A program made the translations under genes and the position numbers. Source: a virus (taxonomy: Duplodnaviria; Caudoviricetes). Taken from it: a DNA stretch of 54,978 nt. Positions 1 to 9,189 of this stretch are shown here, piece by piece. The stretch covers positions 1 to 54,978 of the IMG/VR virus record IMGVR_UViG_3300027963_000094. The stretch is one strand, 5' to 3'. Position 1 is the first letter of the stretch. The number at the start of each line of letters is the position of its first letter. Under the pieces are notes generated by a model. That model did not search any database, was not told the origin of the DNA, and worked only from the letters and a program-made list of their open reading frames with translations.

Positions 1-154
1 GCAGAAGAACCGTTGTAGGAAGTTCCAGTAAGTCCAGTGCCAATGGTCAAAGCATTTGTGGCTGTGGCAGTAACTGTAATTGACCCACCTAAACTTACAG
101 GCGACCCGTTGATTGTGACTGCGCTATTTGTTAATGACGCATTTGCAATGTTAG
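1..154. repeat. Terminal direct repeat (left copy); contig overlap within a tail-fibre repeat
   Basis: 1-154 matches 54825-54978 except one base (G28 vs A54852); 29-154 (126 bp) is identical. Confidence 0.95.
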
Positions 155-1283
155 TCAGCGTGTTGCTTGCACCGCTGATCGTCTTATTTGTAAGAGTTTG
201 CGTTCCAGTCAGCGTTGCAACTGTTGAATCAATTGCAATTGTTACTGCAGCAGAACCATTGTAAGAAGTACCTGTAAGTCCTGTGCTAATTGTCAGTGCA
301 TTTGGTGATGCCGCTGTAATAGTACCTGCAGCGCCAAGGGCAACCGTGACGCCATTGTAAGTTACTGAACTGTTTGTTAAACCCGCGTTAGGGATAGTAG
401 CTACTGCAGTAAGAGCGCTTGTGCCATTACCAAACACATAGCCAGTCAAAGTACCTGTTCCTGTACCACCACTTACAACATTAAGCGTACCGCCTAGAAC
501 AATTGCGCCACTTGTAGGAACTGCAGGCGTTAACCCTGTAGACGCGCCACTAAACGATGTCACTCCACCAGCAAGAGAGAACTGTCGCCATATGCCTGAA
601 GAGAAACCATCAAATGTTGAAGTAGTTGTGTTGAATCTAAACTGGCCTTCAGCGCCAACGGGTTGCTGACCTGTTGTGCCTGACACTACAGTCATTGCGC
701 CTGTACCCGGAAGTACTACGTTATCTGCAATAGTTAATGTAGGGTCACCTGCGCCATTACCATTGACAACGCTAATCTGATTAGCAGTACCTGTGATTTG
801 ACGGCCTGCAATCGTAGTCCCACCAACAATTGCCAACATGCCCGTGCCTGACGCGTTTGCAATAGCCGCAGCAATGCCAGTCAACGAAAATGTAGGATTC
901 CCAGAAACACCATTACCATCTGCAACAGTAATACCGTTTCCTGTCGTTGACAATGTTCTAGGCACCACAGTGGAGCCGCCCGTCTTAACAATGATGCCGT
1001 TGCCTGCAGACTCTAAACTGCCAGACGCGCCATTTAATGTTATTTGCAACGTTGACTGAGCACCGCCATCAACTAAACCTATGCCTGTGCCGCCTGATAG
1101 CGCACGACTGTTAGCTAGTTGTGGAGTCTGATTGACCGTTAAATAAGTATACGGTTGACTTGGCGATGCAGCAATGGCGCCTGTAGTCGTCTTAACCGTA
1201 ACACCATTTTGAACAATAGGCACCGACTCGGTGCCTGTGATTGCACCAGCTGCTGGTAGTTGCGTAATTTGTATATTGGCCAT
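3..1283 (-). CDS. Tail fibre / virion structural protein, N-terminal part (runs off the left end and continues at 54978-53666)
   Basis: Missed by the ORF track because there is no stop in the window. ATG at 1283 gives MANIQITQLPAAGAITGTESVPIVQNGVTVKTT..., an open Gly/Thr/Ser-rich frame to the edge, in frame with 53666-54978 across the overlap (about 813 aa if merged). Confidence 0.85.
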   Translation of the reverse strand, partial: MANIQITQLPAAGAITGTESVPIVQNGVTVKTTTGAIAASPSQPYTYLTVNQTPQLANSRALSGGTGIGLVDGGAQSTLQITLNGASGSLESAGNGIIVKTGGSTVVPRTLSTTGNGITVADGNGVSGNPTFSLTGIAAAIANASGTGMLAIVGGTTIAGRQITGTANQISVVNGNGAGDPTLTIADNVVLPGTGAMTVVSGTTGQQPVGAEGQFRFNTTTSTFDGFSSGIWRQFSLAGGVTSFSGASTGLTPAVPTSGAIVLGGTLNVVSGGTGTGTLTGYVFGNGTSALTAVATIPNAGLTNSSVTYNGVTVALGAAGTITAASPNALTISTGLTGTSYNGSAAVTIAIDSTVATLTGTQTLTNKTISGASNTLTNIANASLTNSAVTINGSPVSLGGSITVTATATNALTIGTGLTGTSYNGSS

Positions 1284-1284
1284 A

Positions 1285-1620
1285 TTACGGACTCAGGTTA
1301 TCAAGGTTGCCATTGGTCTCTGGATCATCGGTATTCTGCTCCGGAGAAATGTTGTACGTATTATAAGGCCCAGTAATCAACGAGTCTTGGTTTGCAGCTA
1401 CACTGACATCAGGCCTTGGAAATCTAAGTGCAATCTTTTCAGGCTGCCGCGCTGGTAAACGGTATGGGTCAAACTGATCTCTGCAGCCATGATCACAGAC
1501 TTTTAAGCCCGGATTATTGCCGTCAGGCATCAATTCAACATACGCTCGCTTCATGTGACACCTGTCACAAATTGCAATACTTAATACCGCATTGCCAAGA
1601 GTATCAAGCGTACGTGGCAT
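1285..1620 (-). CDS. Hypothetical virion-region protein with Cys cluster (CDRC...CDHGC)
   Basis: 111-aa ORF tightly packed in the minus-strand structural operon. Confidence 0.8.
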   Translation of the reverse strand: MPRTLDTLGNAVLSIAICDRCHMKRAYVELMPDGNNPGLKVCDHGCRDQFDPYRLPARQPEKIALRFPRPDVSVAANQDSLITGPYNTYNISPEQNTDDPETNGNLDNLSP

Positions 1621-1622
1621 AC

Positions 1623-2681
1623 TTACCTCGTATAGTAACTAATATTAGGAGCAAAGTAAATCGGACTCTTGTCTCGTTCCTCTTGCTCAGCAATATTCCA
1701 ATACTTTTCAGCTTGCCCTTCAAGGTAAGAGATACGATCCCCTTGAACTGTAGGTAGCTCCATGGCCATCTGATGCGCAAGCATATTCTGAATGGCCAGA
1801 TACCATCTCTGAGGAATTTCTATCTCACCTGATAAATCACCTACATCCTGAATTTGCCGATGTCTCCAGACCACGATTTGTGGAGCGTATGACGACGGTG
1901 CAGGCCAAAGATACATTGCAGGCTGCGGAATGTTACGGTCAAACCAAAATTGCAACGGGTAAGCGCTAGTAAAATTCTTGTTAGGCAGGTTTGTGTAGTC
2001 ATCACGATTCAAACGTGCAAGTGGAATTTCCGTGGCATTTGAGCCAAAAACCACCTGATAAACACCCATATTAGAGCCTGCTGTTTGCAAGATTCTCCAA
2101 TACGGCGTGCTTGCTGAAGGCTCTAAATCATAGTAGATCCATGTGCCTGCAACCCAAGTAACTGCTCCGGGCGCGTAAACCGTTGTCCAAGTCGTGCCAT
2201 TGGTAGAAGACTGAATTAAGAGGGTCACTGAGCCGGATATTGCCGGTAGTATACCCACGGTCCCCATGTAGATGTCATTTCCAGACCCGTTGTTGATACC
2301 AATAAAGCCCGTGTTAGTGGTTAACTGGCAAATATTGGTGTATATACCATCAAAAGCGTTGGCTGCAACGCCAGAAGAACTGTTTGCGCCAGTGTTATTT
2401 GCAGTAACTGTTCGGTAATTAGAATTCAAAACATCTACCGTGCCTGTTGGCAGATAGTAAACATACTTGTCGGGATTAAGACCTATGACTGTCTTGTCAA
2501 TACACCAGTATTGAATGCCGCGATTTGCAAGATTAGAAAGCAAGTAGTAAAGACTATCCTTAGATGCCGATACTTGCTCATTGGTTAATTCTTCAGCCAG
2601 CTTTCCGGCACGACGCGCGCCATGATCAATCAGATTTTGAACCGTGATTGTTGTTTGGCCAACTGTTCCACTAGTGCTCAT
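1623..2681 (-). CDS. Head-tail adaptor / tail tubular-like protein with inserted beta-sandwich domain
   Basis: 352 aa; N-terminal helical segment (SLYYLLSNLANRG) and C-terminal LWPAP...EIPQRWYLAI resemble podovirus adaptor proteins; central AFDG-containing discoidin-like insert. Confidence 0.6.
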   Translation of the reverse strand: MSTSGTVGQTTITVQNLIDHGARRAGKLAEELTNEQVSASKDSLYYLLSNLANRGIQYWCIDKTVIGLNPDKYVYYLPTGTVDVLNSNYRTVTANNTGANSSSGVAANAFDGIYTNICQLTTNTGFIGINNGSGNDIYMGTVGILPAISGSVTLLIQSSTNGTTWTTVYAPGAVTWVAGTWIYYDLEPSASTPYWRILQTAGSNMGVYQVVFGSNATEIPLARLNRDDYTNLPNKNFTSAYPLQFWFDRNIPQPAMYLWPAPSSYAPQIVVWRHRQIQDVGDLSGEIEIPQRWYLAIQNMLAHQMAMELPTVQGDRISYLEGQAEKYWNIAEQEERDKSPIYFAPNISYYTR

Positions 2682-2684
2682 ACA

Positions 2685-3230
2685 TTACCACCCAGGACAA
2701 TTCCAACGTTTAAGAGATGCGGCCTTACGAGTAAGCTCGCCTTTTTCATCGCGCTTAGGCCCCGGCATTCCAGACATTCTAGCACAGAATGAATCCTTAC
2801 GACCTTGATCAGCTTTTGTTTTTGGGTTAGGCGCAGGAGCTTTAAGATTAGAGCCAGTTGCACGATTAAACTTATCACGGCCTTTTTTCGTTAATCCGGC
2901 GCCTTGACTTGTAGGTAGCTTCTCACCACGAGAGACCGAGAGTCTAGGGTCACCGCCATCTTTCATTTTGGCTGTTTTGGCTGACTGCTTAAAGTCTTCA
3001 GCCGTTGGCGCGCCTTTGCTACCCACTCTGCGCATTTTCTCCCCAGAGCCTTCAGCGATTCTTTCACGTTTTGCATGAATGTTGGCATATAAACCGCCTT
3101 CTTTAAATTTCTTGCCTTTATCAGCCTTGACAAACTCTTTGCCAACTTTTTGCGGCACACCACCAAAGCCATCTTTTGTATGCGCGGCGGCTTGCATTAA
3201 ACGATGCTGAGCTGGTGATTTGCTTGGCAT
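2685..3230 (-). CDS. Basic Lys-rich hypothetical protein with xKxGG motifs (DUF6321-like C-terminus)
   Basis: 181 aa; FKEGG and MKDGG motifs; C-terminal RKDSFCARM...SLKRWNC. Confidence 0.75.
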   Translation of the reverse strand: MPSKSPAQHRLMQAAAHTKDGFGGVPQKVGKEFVKADKGKKFKEGGLYANIHAKRERIAEGSGEKMRRVGSKGAPTAEDFKQSAKTAKMKDGGDPRLSVSRGEKLPTSQGAGLTKKGRDKFNRATGSNLKAPAPNPKTKADQGRKDSFCARMSGMPGPKRDEKGELTRKAASLKRWNCPGW

Positions 3231-3232
3231 AA

Positions 3233-3637
3233 TTAGTTATACCCTTTGACCATTTCCAAAATGCACCAGTATGTGTCACCAGAAGATGCATCAGCAGTGC
3301 TAAACATAATGTCGCCAGTAACACCCGTACCGCCGTTGTTGGTAATACCACCAAAGCCTGACATGTCAAGCATTTGCGTTGCACCGGGCGAGGACAAAAA
3401 GAACGGCACATCTGTTGTGGCGTCCCAATACATTCTGACTTCCATGCCATGGTTGGCAATGTAGATTTTATTGACTGTAACTCTGGTGCAAGTTTGACCC
3501 GACGCGCTTGGCGTTAATGCAGAAACATCTACTTTTAAAACTGCAGATTCACCAGTGCCATCACTGATGTTTGTAAATTTCATGATGACCATGCGCTCAC
3601 CATCGATAAGCGTCTGGCTCGTAACCGAATCAGCCAT
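3233..3637 (-). CDS. Hypothetical structural protein
   Basis: ATG at 3637 preceded by GGAG; 134 aa, beta-rich; lies in the structural operon. Confidence 0.8.
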   Translation of the reverse strand: MADSVTSQTLIDGERMVIMKFTNISDGTGESAVLKVDVSALTPSASGQTCTRVTVNKIYIANHGMEVRMYWDATTDVPFFLSSPGATQMLDMSGFGGITNNGGTGVTGDIMFSTADASSGDTYWCILEMVKGYN

Positions 3638-3651
3638 ATTTTTCTCCAATT

Positions 3652-3677
3652 AAAAGGAAGGGGCCGAAGCCCCGACC
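3652..3677 (-). terminator. Rho-independent terminator with C(UUCG)G tetraloop
   Basis: Minus strand reads GGGGCTTCGGCCCCTTCCTTTT just after the stop at 3682. Confidence 0.75.
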
Positions 3678-3681
3678 TTGA

Positions 3682-4146
3682 TTAGCAAGAACCGCCGTAA
3701 GCTTTTTTCATCTTACCACCGGTTTTGTACTTTTGAATTACGCCACCTGTAGCGTACTTCTCAATTACTCCACCAGTTTTCAGACCTTTATGAGCTTTAG
3801 ACGCAGACTTATCTGCATGAGACTTAAGATCGCCCTTAATGCCTTTAATAGCTGACATCTCAGCTTTGTGCATCTTAGGAGACTCTACCTCACCGCCCTT
3901 TTTACGCATCATTGGCGCAGGCATTGCACCAGTTTCCATACGAGTGGGGATACCACCCATACCGATACCGCGCTTAGGCATGGCAGGCGCCATACCACGG
4001 CGAGCAGCCATAGGCGCACCACGTGCAGAAGCTTTTTCAGGGATAATTCCACCCATAGCTTTCTTTACTGCGCCGCCTTTTTTAAGCTTCAGTTCAACTG
4101 AAGGCTCAGTGGTCATCATCTTAGGCATTGGTTTAAATTGACCCAT
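3682..4146 (-). CDS. Basic low-complexity protein with multiple xxxGG motifs
   Basis: ATG at 4146 preceded by AAGGGG; contains LKKGG, KAMGG, RKKGG, LKTGG, YATGG, YKTGG, KAYGG. Confidence 0.8.
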   Translation of the reverse strand: MGQFKPMPKMMTTEPSVELKLKKGGAVKKAMGGIIPEKASARGAPMAARRGMAPAMPKRGIGMGGIPTRMETGAMPAPMMRKKGGEVESPKMHKAEMSAIKGIKGDLKSHADKSASKAHKGLKTGGVIEKYATGGVIQKYKTGGKMKKAYGGSC

Positions 4147-4156
4147 GTCGTTCCCC

Positions 4157-5134
4157 TTAGGCTTGTGTGACGCCAAATGCGCCAACACGAGTTGCATTTG
4201 GACCTGCCGCAATTGCTGGCAGGGCTATTCCCATTACAAGACGCTTGATACCGTCACAAGCAGACGAGGGCAAATAAGTACCCCTCACATCACCAGTGGT
4301 TGTGGTTGCTGTGGCGGTAGCGGCAACAGTCATAGTTCCAGCATCTTCAGCCAAAGTATTGTCCCAACCAGCGCGGGTAACGTAGCCTCTATCAATGATA
4401 CGCAATGGTGCGCCCAAGATGTCGGTTGTACCTACCGCAACAGTTACCACACTTCCGCCAGAAGCAGTGACACTAGAGATCTGGTAGAAGGCTTTTTTAC
4501 CATTAACAGTTGTTGATGCCACTGTTCCTGTTGCAATCACCTCGCTCATGGCTTGACCGTAGTAGTCGTAACCAGAAACAGTAATGTTGACGGAAGTTGG
4601 AGTACCAGCACCAGTGGTTGTAGAAACCGCACGAGGGCAGTCAAGTTGCAAGCCTGTTGCACCGCCTGTAATTGTGGCGGATGTAACACCAGCACCTGCG
4701 GCAAGCGTGAGCGTGGTAGCAGTTGTGATGACAGCGGCGACAATGTTGGTTGTCAGCTTTGCTTGTGGTACAGCGTCCCAAACGTAGAGGCGACCCAATG
4801 GGCCAACACCTGTGCTCATTGGCGATGGGTTTTGCAACAAAGCATTACCTGAGCCAATAATTGTGGCGCTTGCCACAGTCTGTGAAGCACTTACGGTGTA
4901 AGTACCAGTACCACCTGTACCCGTGCCAAAAGCAGTAATGTAGGTACCATTAGTAAGCGACGTTGAACTGTCAATGAACATACCCACAGTAATTGGGTCA
5001 CCCGAAAGCATGGCGGTGACGGTCAATGTGGTGGTAGCAATTGAGCCAGTAAAGGTTGCAACAGCAGGGTAGGCGTCCGCACCTTGATAGGTAATGGCAG
5101 AGCCTAGAAAAAGATCATCTGAAAACTGGGGCAT
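4157..5134 (-). CDS. Thr/Gly-rich virion structural protein (capsid decoration or fibre-like)
   Basis: ATG at 5134 with AAGGAG RBS; 325 aa, beta-rich; directly downstream of the major capsid gene. Confidence 0.7.
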   Translation of the reverse strand: MPQFSDDLFLGSAITYQGADAYPAVATFTGSIATTTLTVTAMLSGDPITVGMFIDSSTSLTNGTYITAFGTGTGGTGTYTVSASQTVASATIIGSGNALLQNPSPMSTGVGPLGRLYVWDAVPQAKLTTNIVAAVITTATTLTLAAGAGVTSATITGGATGLQLDCPRAVSTTTGAGTPTSVNITVSGYDYYGQAMSEVIATGTVASTTVNGKKAFYQISSVTASGGSVVTVAVGTTDILGAPLRIIDRGYVTRAGWDNTLAEDAGTMTVAATATATTTTGDVRGTYLPSSACDGIKRLVMGIALPAIAAGPNATRVGAFGVTQA

Positions 5135-5168
5135 GGTCTGCTCCTTGAAAAGTTTGACCAAACATTAA

Positions 5169-5197
5169 GAAAAGAGGCAGGAGTTTATTCCTGCCCC
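5169..5197 (-). terminator. Rho-independent terminator after the major capsid gene
   Basis: Minus strand GGCAGGAATAAACTCCTGCC followed by TCTTTT. Confidence 0.7.
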
Positions 5198-5206
5198 CAC
5201 TTGGGT

Positions 5207-6121
5207 TTAGACGCCGGGTGTACCGTACATTGAGCGCCAGTCAGTCCAACCAAGGTCATAACGCTCGGTGGCCTTATAACGCATTGAGTCGGTCTCAAAG
5301 TCGCCTTCCATGGTCTTTTCCAAGCCACGGCGCATCATCAACTTCATGCCTTCAGGTGCATCAGTCTGAACCCACCACGCTGTGGCAGATGTCAAACGGG
5401 AGATAACTGAAGCGCCTTCAGGCATCAGACCAATTGATTTAATTGGGTTGATGTCATTGTTGGCTGTGCCAGCACGAAGAACAGATTTCAGCAAAACTTC
5501 AGCTTGGAAGACATTACCGGGAGCAACCACTAACTTCAGAGGTTGCAAGCGGATCTTCTTGCCGTTGTTGTCTACTGCTTGACGAACTTGGATCAGCATC
5601 TGCTCCAAGGAAGTCTGGCTTAAGTTAGCAGCTGTGTTCAGCAAGTTACTTGCTGTACCGCTAACCAGTGGGTGCGTAGAAGCATTTAACTGAACGCCGT
5701 CGCCACCAGCATATGCCGAGTTAAACGCTTGGTTCATCACGTTGGCAGCCAATGTCTCTTTAGTTTCCACCAAAGATTGAGCCAAGTGCTTAGCGTAAAC
5801 TTGACCGATACGGATGTGGTCGCCGTCTTCAACCAATACCTTAGTCAATGCGAAGGCTAAGCCATACACATTGTAGAGGTAACGCTTGAGGAACAGCACG
5901 CCACCTTGTTGGTAAGCAACAGGGCTGCCGTCAGGCAACTGAGGTGCTGCACCAAAGCCGTACAAGACAGGCTCTTCGTGGTAGTTACGTGGAATACCTT
6001 GTTGTTCACGGAAAACCGTGGACCATTCGTCCGAACGTTGATCGTAGACACCGTCGAAACATTCATTAAGAATTGGTTCGACGATGCTACGAAAGTCGGT
6101 ACTGCGCATTGGAGCTGCCAT
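5207..6121 (-). CDS. Major capsid protein (Mu gpT-like, HK97 fold)
   Basis: 304 aa; strong AGGAGG RBS; motifs GGDGVQL...HP, P.KLVV.P and GDFETDSMRYKATERYDLGWTDWR typical of this MCP family; lies downstream of scaffold and portal. Confidence 0.85.
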   Translation of the reverse strand: MAAPMRSTDFRSIVEPILNECFDGVYDQRSDEWSTVFREQQGIPRNYHEEPVLYGFGAAPQLPDGSPVAYQQGGVLFLKRYLYNVYGLAFALTKVLVEDGDHIRIGQVYAKHLAQSLVETKETLAANVMNQAFNSAYAGGDGVQLNASTHPLVSGTASNLLNTAANLSQTSLEQMLIQVRQAVDNNGKKIRLQPLKLVVAPGNVFQAEVLLKSVLRAGTANNDINPIKSIGLMPEGASVISRLTSATAWWVQTDAPEGMKLMMRRGLEKTMEGDFETDSMRYKATERYDLGWTDWRSMYGTPGV

Positions 6122-6136
6122 GGTTCACTCCCTCCT

Positions 6137-6709
6137 TTAAACTGCAACAACGGACGCATTGAACTGCGACTCGTTGATAGTTACGCGCACAATCGTGTAC
6201 GCATCGCCCCAAGCATTGTCAGGGTACGGAGCTAAGTCACGGATCAACATCTGTGCGCTATTACCAGCGCCAACCAATGTGGTTGACAAGGTGCAAGCAG
6301 ACAAACCAGTTGTGGTTGAACCAGCAGTGGTGTTGCTCAAATCAGCCATGTCACCCACGGATGTTTGCGCTAACGAACCAGCAGCTTGAATCTCATACAC
6401 AATGTTAGGATCGTTGTAATAGTATGCAACGCATGAGCCAGCAGTATACGCAGTATTTGCTGGCCAATTGTTAGATACACGTGCACGACCTGTACTGTCA
6501 GTAAACTGCACGCCAGCAAAGGCGCCTTGGAATGAATCCCCAGCAGCAGCGACGACAATATTACCTGAAGTGTTCAACTTTACGGGTTGACCCTTTAAGA
6601 TGGCCGTGTTATAGGCAGAAGCGATGCCGTCAGCCAGCGTCACAGCGCGATCTAACCCTGAGGGATGATACGCGGGACGAAGACCAAACGGCGCATTAGT
6701 TGCACTCAT
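6137..6709 (-). CDS. Capsid decoration / minor capsid protein
   Basis: 190 aa starting MSATNAPFGLRP; immediately upstream of the MCP. Confidence 0.65.
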   Translation of the reverse strand: MSATNAPFGLRPAYHPSGLDRAVTLADGIASAYNTAILKGQPVKLNTSGNIVVAAAGDSFQGAFAGVQFTDSTGRARVSNNWPANTAYTAGSCVAYYYNDPNIVYEIQAAGSLAQTSVGDMADLSNTTAGSTTTGLSACTLSTTLVGAGNSAQMLIRDLAPYPDNAWGDAYTIVRVTINESQFNASVVAV

Positions 6710-6751
6710 GATTGAGTCCTTTCAAATATTGAAATAAAAACTTTGTCATGT

Positions 6752-7288
6752 TTACTCAAAAACAGGACGGGGTTTAACTTTTGCATCGAAACCTGTGCCA
6801 TTGCCTTCAATAGTGACCAATGTCTTGCCATTGCTATCACGTTCACCCAGCAATTGTTCTTGTTGAATCTTAATCTTCTGTTGCTCTTCCATAGGAGCAA
6901 GATGATGAAGTTCATACATAAGTTCTTGATAAATGTCCATAGGCAATTTATACAAAAGCATCTCATTACAAGCAACAAAACCGGTGTGTTCGCCAGCTTT
7001 CACCTTCAAATGCTCAAAGCCGGGTAATTCTTCGGCTTTTACTGGTTCGTAGCCCAGTCGCATACGCTTGTGAATTGGGTCATATTGGTTGGTAGAAGAC
7101 AACCAGCATAGGTGGTATCCCGGTATCTCGGGAGGGGTCGGAAGCGCTTCTTGAAGCCACTCCGAGCGGAACATCCTACGACGTTCCTCGGAAGAAACAA
7201 ATTTTTCTTCAGGTGCAGCGCGTGATTCATCTTGCGATGCACGATTCTCACGTCCTGCGTTGGTGTTCTTTTTAATACGATCGTCCAT
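6752..7288 (-). CDS. Conserved phage head-region hypothetical protein
   Basis: 178 aa; PPEIPGYHLCWLS...GYEPV motif; between scaffold and capsid genes. Confidence 0.75.
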   Translation of the reverse strand: MDDRIKKNTNAGRENRASQDESRAAPEEKFVSSEERRRMFRSEWLQEALPTPPEIPGYHLCWLSSTNQYDPIHKRMRLGYEPVKAEELPGFEHLKVKAGEHTGFVACNEMLLYKLPMDIYQELMYELHHLAPMEEQQKIKIQQEQLLGERDSNGKTLVTIEGNGTGFDAKVKPRPVFE

Positions 7289-7290
7289 GA

Positions 7291-8283
7291 TTATTTCCGT
7301 TTCTGTTGTTTGTCATATTCTGCGAACTTGCGAATCATTTTGTTTCGCTGCTCGATGTTATCCCACATGCCTGCCTCTTTAATGGCAGCAACACGCTTAG
7401 GATCAACGATGTATTCGTTGGCCCTTGTCGTCGCAGTGGTATCACGTCCTGAACTTGTCACAACAGATCTCGGTCTTTGGTTTCTCGTACCATTACTATA
7501 CCCCGAATTATATCGGTGTGGTAAATATTTTTGCAATCTGTCGTCGAGCTCATCCCAGTAGTCGGGAAGTGCTGGGTCGTAGCCTTCTTCGGTCAACGCC
7601 ACGTCAATGGTCTGAGCAATCTTAGAATCTGCATCCTTCAATTGCGGGTCATACCACTTATTCTTATCGATCCAATCAGAGGCCATTTTCTGGACCATTG
7701 GGTCGGGAAGCTTAATGTTCTGTGAAGTCTGTGTAAGCTGCTTGTTAGCAGTTTCACGCAATGACTGCAAAGACTCTAAATGTCGTTGGCTGTCGTACCA
7801 AAGCTGCTGAGCCTTGGTAACTTCTTCACCATTACGAGCATTCACAGCCTCTTGTAGCTTCATTTTGGCGTACTCAAGCCTTGTGCCTGCGTCGTCAATG
7901 GCCTTATCAACCCTTGCCAACTCAGCACCAGACGTGCGTTTCTCCAAAAGAGCTACTCGCTCCGCCATTTGTGAGTTCTGCTTACGCAGAGCCGTGATCA
8001 AATGATTAGATTCACGAGCTTTTTCACGATGAAGTTGCTTCTTAAGCCTTCTTTCATCGCGTCGAGCGGCACGAATGGCCTCTCTTTCCGGATCGTCTGT
8101 GTTAGAACCTTCACCACCGTCGTCTCCGGGTCCCTCAGTGTCACCTGATGCCTCAGATACGCCATCTTCGTCATCATCTTGGTCGTCAGACTGGGGATTT
8201 GACATTCCGTCGGGTAGTTGCGCAATTGCCGAGCCATCTTTGGTCTCGTCAACCTGCATTTCCAACTTTTCAGTTGCATTCAT
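7291..8283 (-). CDS. Capsid scaffolding protein (putative)
   Basis: 330 aa; acidic N-terminus, long coiled coil, basic C-terminal tip; position between portal and MCP. Confidence 0.65.
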   Translation of the reverse strand: MNATEKLEMQVDETKDGSAIAQLPDGMSNPQSDDQDDDEDGVSEASGDTEGPGDDGGEGSNTDDPEREAIRAARRDERRLKKQLHREKARESNHLITALRKQNSQMAERVALLEKRTSGAELARVDKAIDDAGTRLEYAKMKLQEAVNARNGEEVTKAQQLWYDSQRHLESLQSLRETANKQLTQTSQNIKLPDPMVQKMASDWIDKNKWYDPQLKDADSKIAQTIDVALTEEGYDPALPDYWDELDDRLQKYLPHRYNSGYSNGTRNQRPRSVVTSSGRDTTATTRANEYIVDPKRVAAIKEAGMWDNIEQRNKMIRKFAEYDKQQKRK

Positions 8284-8301
8284 ATATCATCCTTTCAAAG
8301 C

Positions 8302-8724
8302 TTAAATAAAAGCTTTAATGTCACGAGGGTCGCCAGTGACTTTGCCAATGAGTTCATGATCATTGAAGAAGGTGAAAAGGCATTTGCCTTCAGCGCCATG
8401 CTCATCTTTGAAATCAATCTCCCATCGATCACCGCCCCACTTAGGTACACGAACAAAGTCGCCTACCTGTGCCCATGCGCCTTCAGGCCAAGACTCCATG
8501 GATTCGCGTTTCTTAAAAGCAAGAGGCCCGATTGAAATGATCTTCCCGACTTGGGTATTCCACTTCTCGGTCTCCTTAGTTTCCTGCGGAATAAAAATTC
8601 CAGCAGATGAGACTTTTTCTTTAACTGCTCGTAACTGCACAAGAATCCTTGCGCCATACGGTGCCATTAAAGGGTCTATGGTAGGGAACGCTTCTGCAAG
8701 CGTCTGTTCAATGTCATTCGACAT
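8302..8724 (-). CDS. groES: GroES-like co-chaperonin
   Basis: PYGARILVQ...SSAGIFIP...GKIISIGP...VGDFVRVPKWGG...NDHELIG matches the Cpn10 pattern. Confidence 0.85.
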   Translation of the reverse strand: MSNDIEQTLAEAFPTIDPLMAPYGARILVQLRAVKEKVSSAGIFIPQETKETEKWNTQVGKIISIGPLAFKKRESMESWPEGAWAQVGDFVRVPKWGGDRWEIDFKDEHGAEGKCLFTFFNDHELIGKVTGDPRDIKAFI

Positions 8725-8899
8725 TTTTTTCCTCTTCTAAAAGTTGGTTAATGATAAGCAAGGCTTCCTCCAAGCCTTGGTGCTGGCCGACTAAGCGCTG
8801 GTAGGCTTCGAATGTGACTGCGTTTCCCTGAACTAGGGATTCAGCAATTCGCTCTTGCCTTTGCTTAATAAGACCAATGAAATTTGCAAGCGTCGCCAT
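8714..8899 (-). CDS. Small hypothetical protein
   Basis: 61 aa (YQRLVGQHQGLEEAL), a type of ORF typically found just upstream of phage groES. Confidence 0.75.
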   Translation of the reverse strand: MATLANFIGLIKQRQERIAESLVQGNAVTFEAYQRLVGQHQGLEEALLIINQLLEEEKNVE

Positions 8900-8901
8900 G
8901 T

Positions 8902-9189
8902 TTAGCGGCCACGACCTGCAGACTTCTTCACGGGGATCGCGATGGTTACTGCAAAGCCAGACATCTTCTTGGCGGCTCCGCCTTTTTTCATCGTCGCAAT
9001 TTTGCCAGTAGGCTTAGGCAAGGGTGGAGGCGCAGAGCCACGTGCTGGCAAATTAGCCACACGAGACTCAGGCATCACGCTGCCGCCTGACTTATATTTT
9101 TGAATAACGCTTTTGCCTTTAGCAATGGCTGTGGACTCACCCATTCCCATTGCCAAGCGCTTGTGCATGTTAATGCCTTCATCAGCCAT
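8902..9189 (-). CDS. Small basic protein with xKxGG motifs
   Basis: 95 aa; YKSGG and MKKGG; overlaps the portal stop. Confidence 0.7.
   Translation of the reverse strand: MADEGINMHKRLAMGMGESTAIAKGKSVIQKYKSGGSVMPESRVANLPARGSAPPPLPKPTGKIATMKKGGAAKKMSGFAVTIAIPVKKSAGRGR

Noticed and set aside
1-154. Biological terminal repeat of the packaged genome
   Set aside because: It lies mid-gene within a coding repeat, and its exact part (126 bp) is consistent with an assembler k-mer overlap, so it is more likely an assembly feature.
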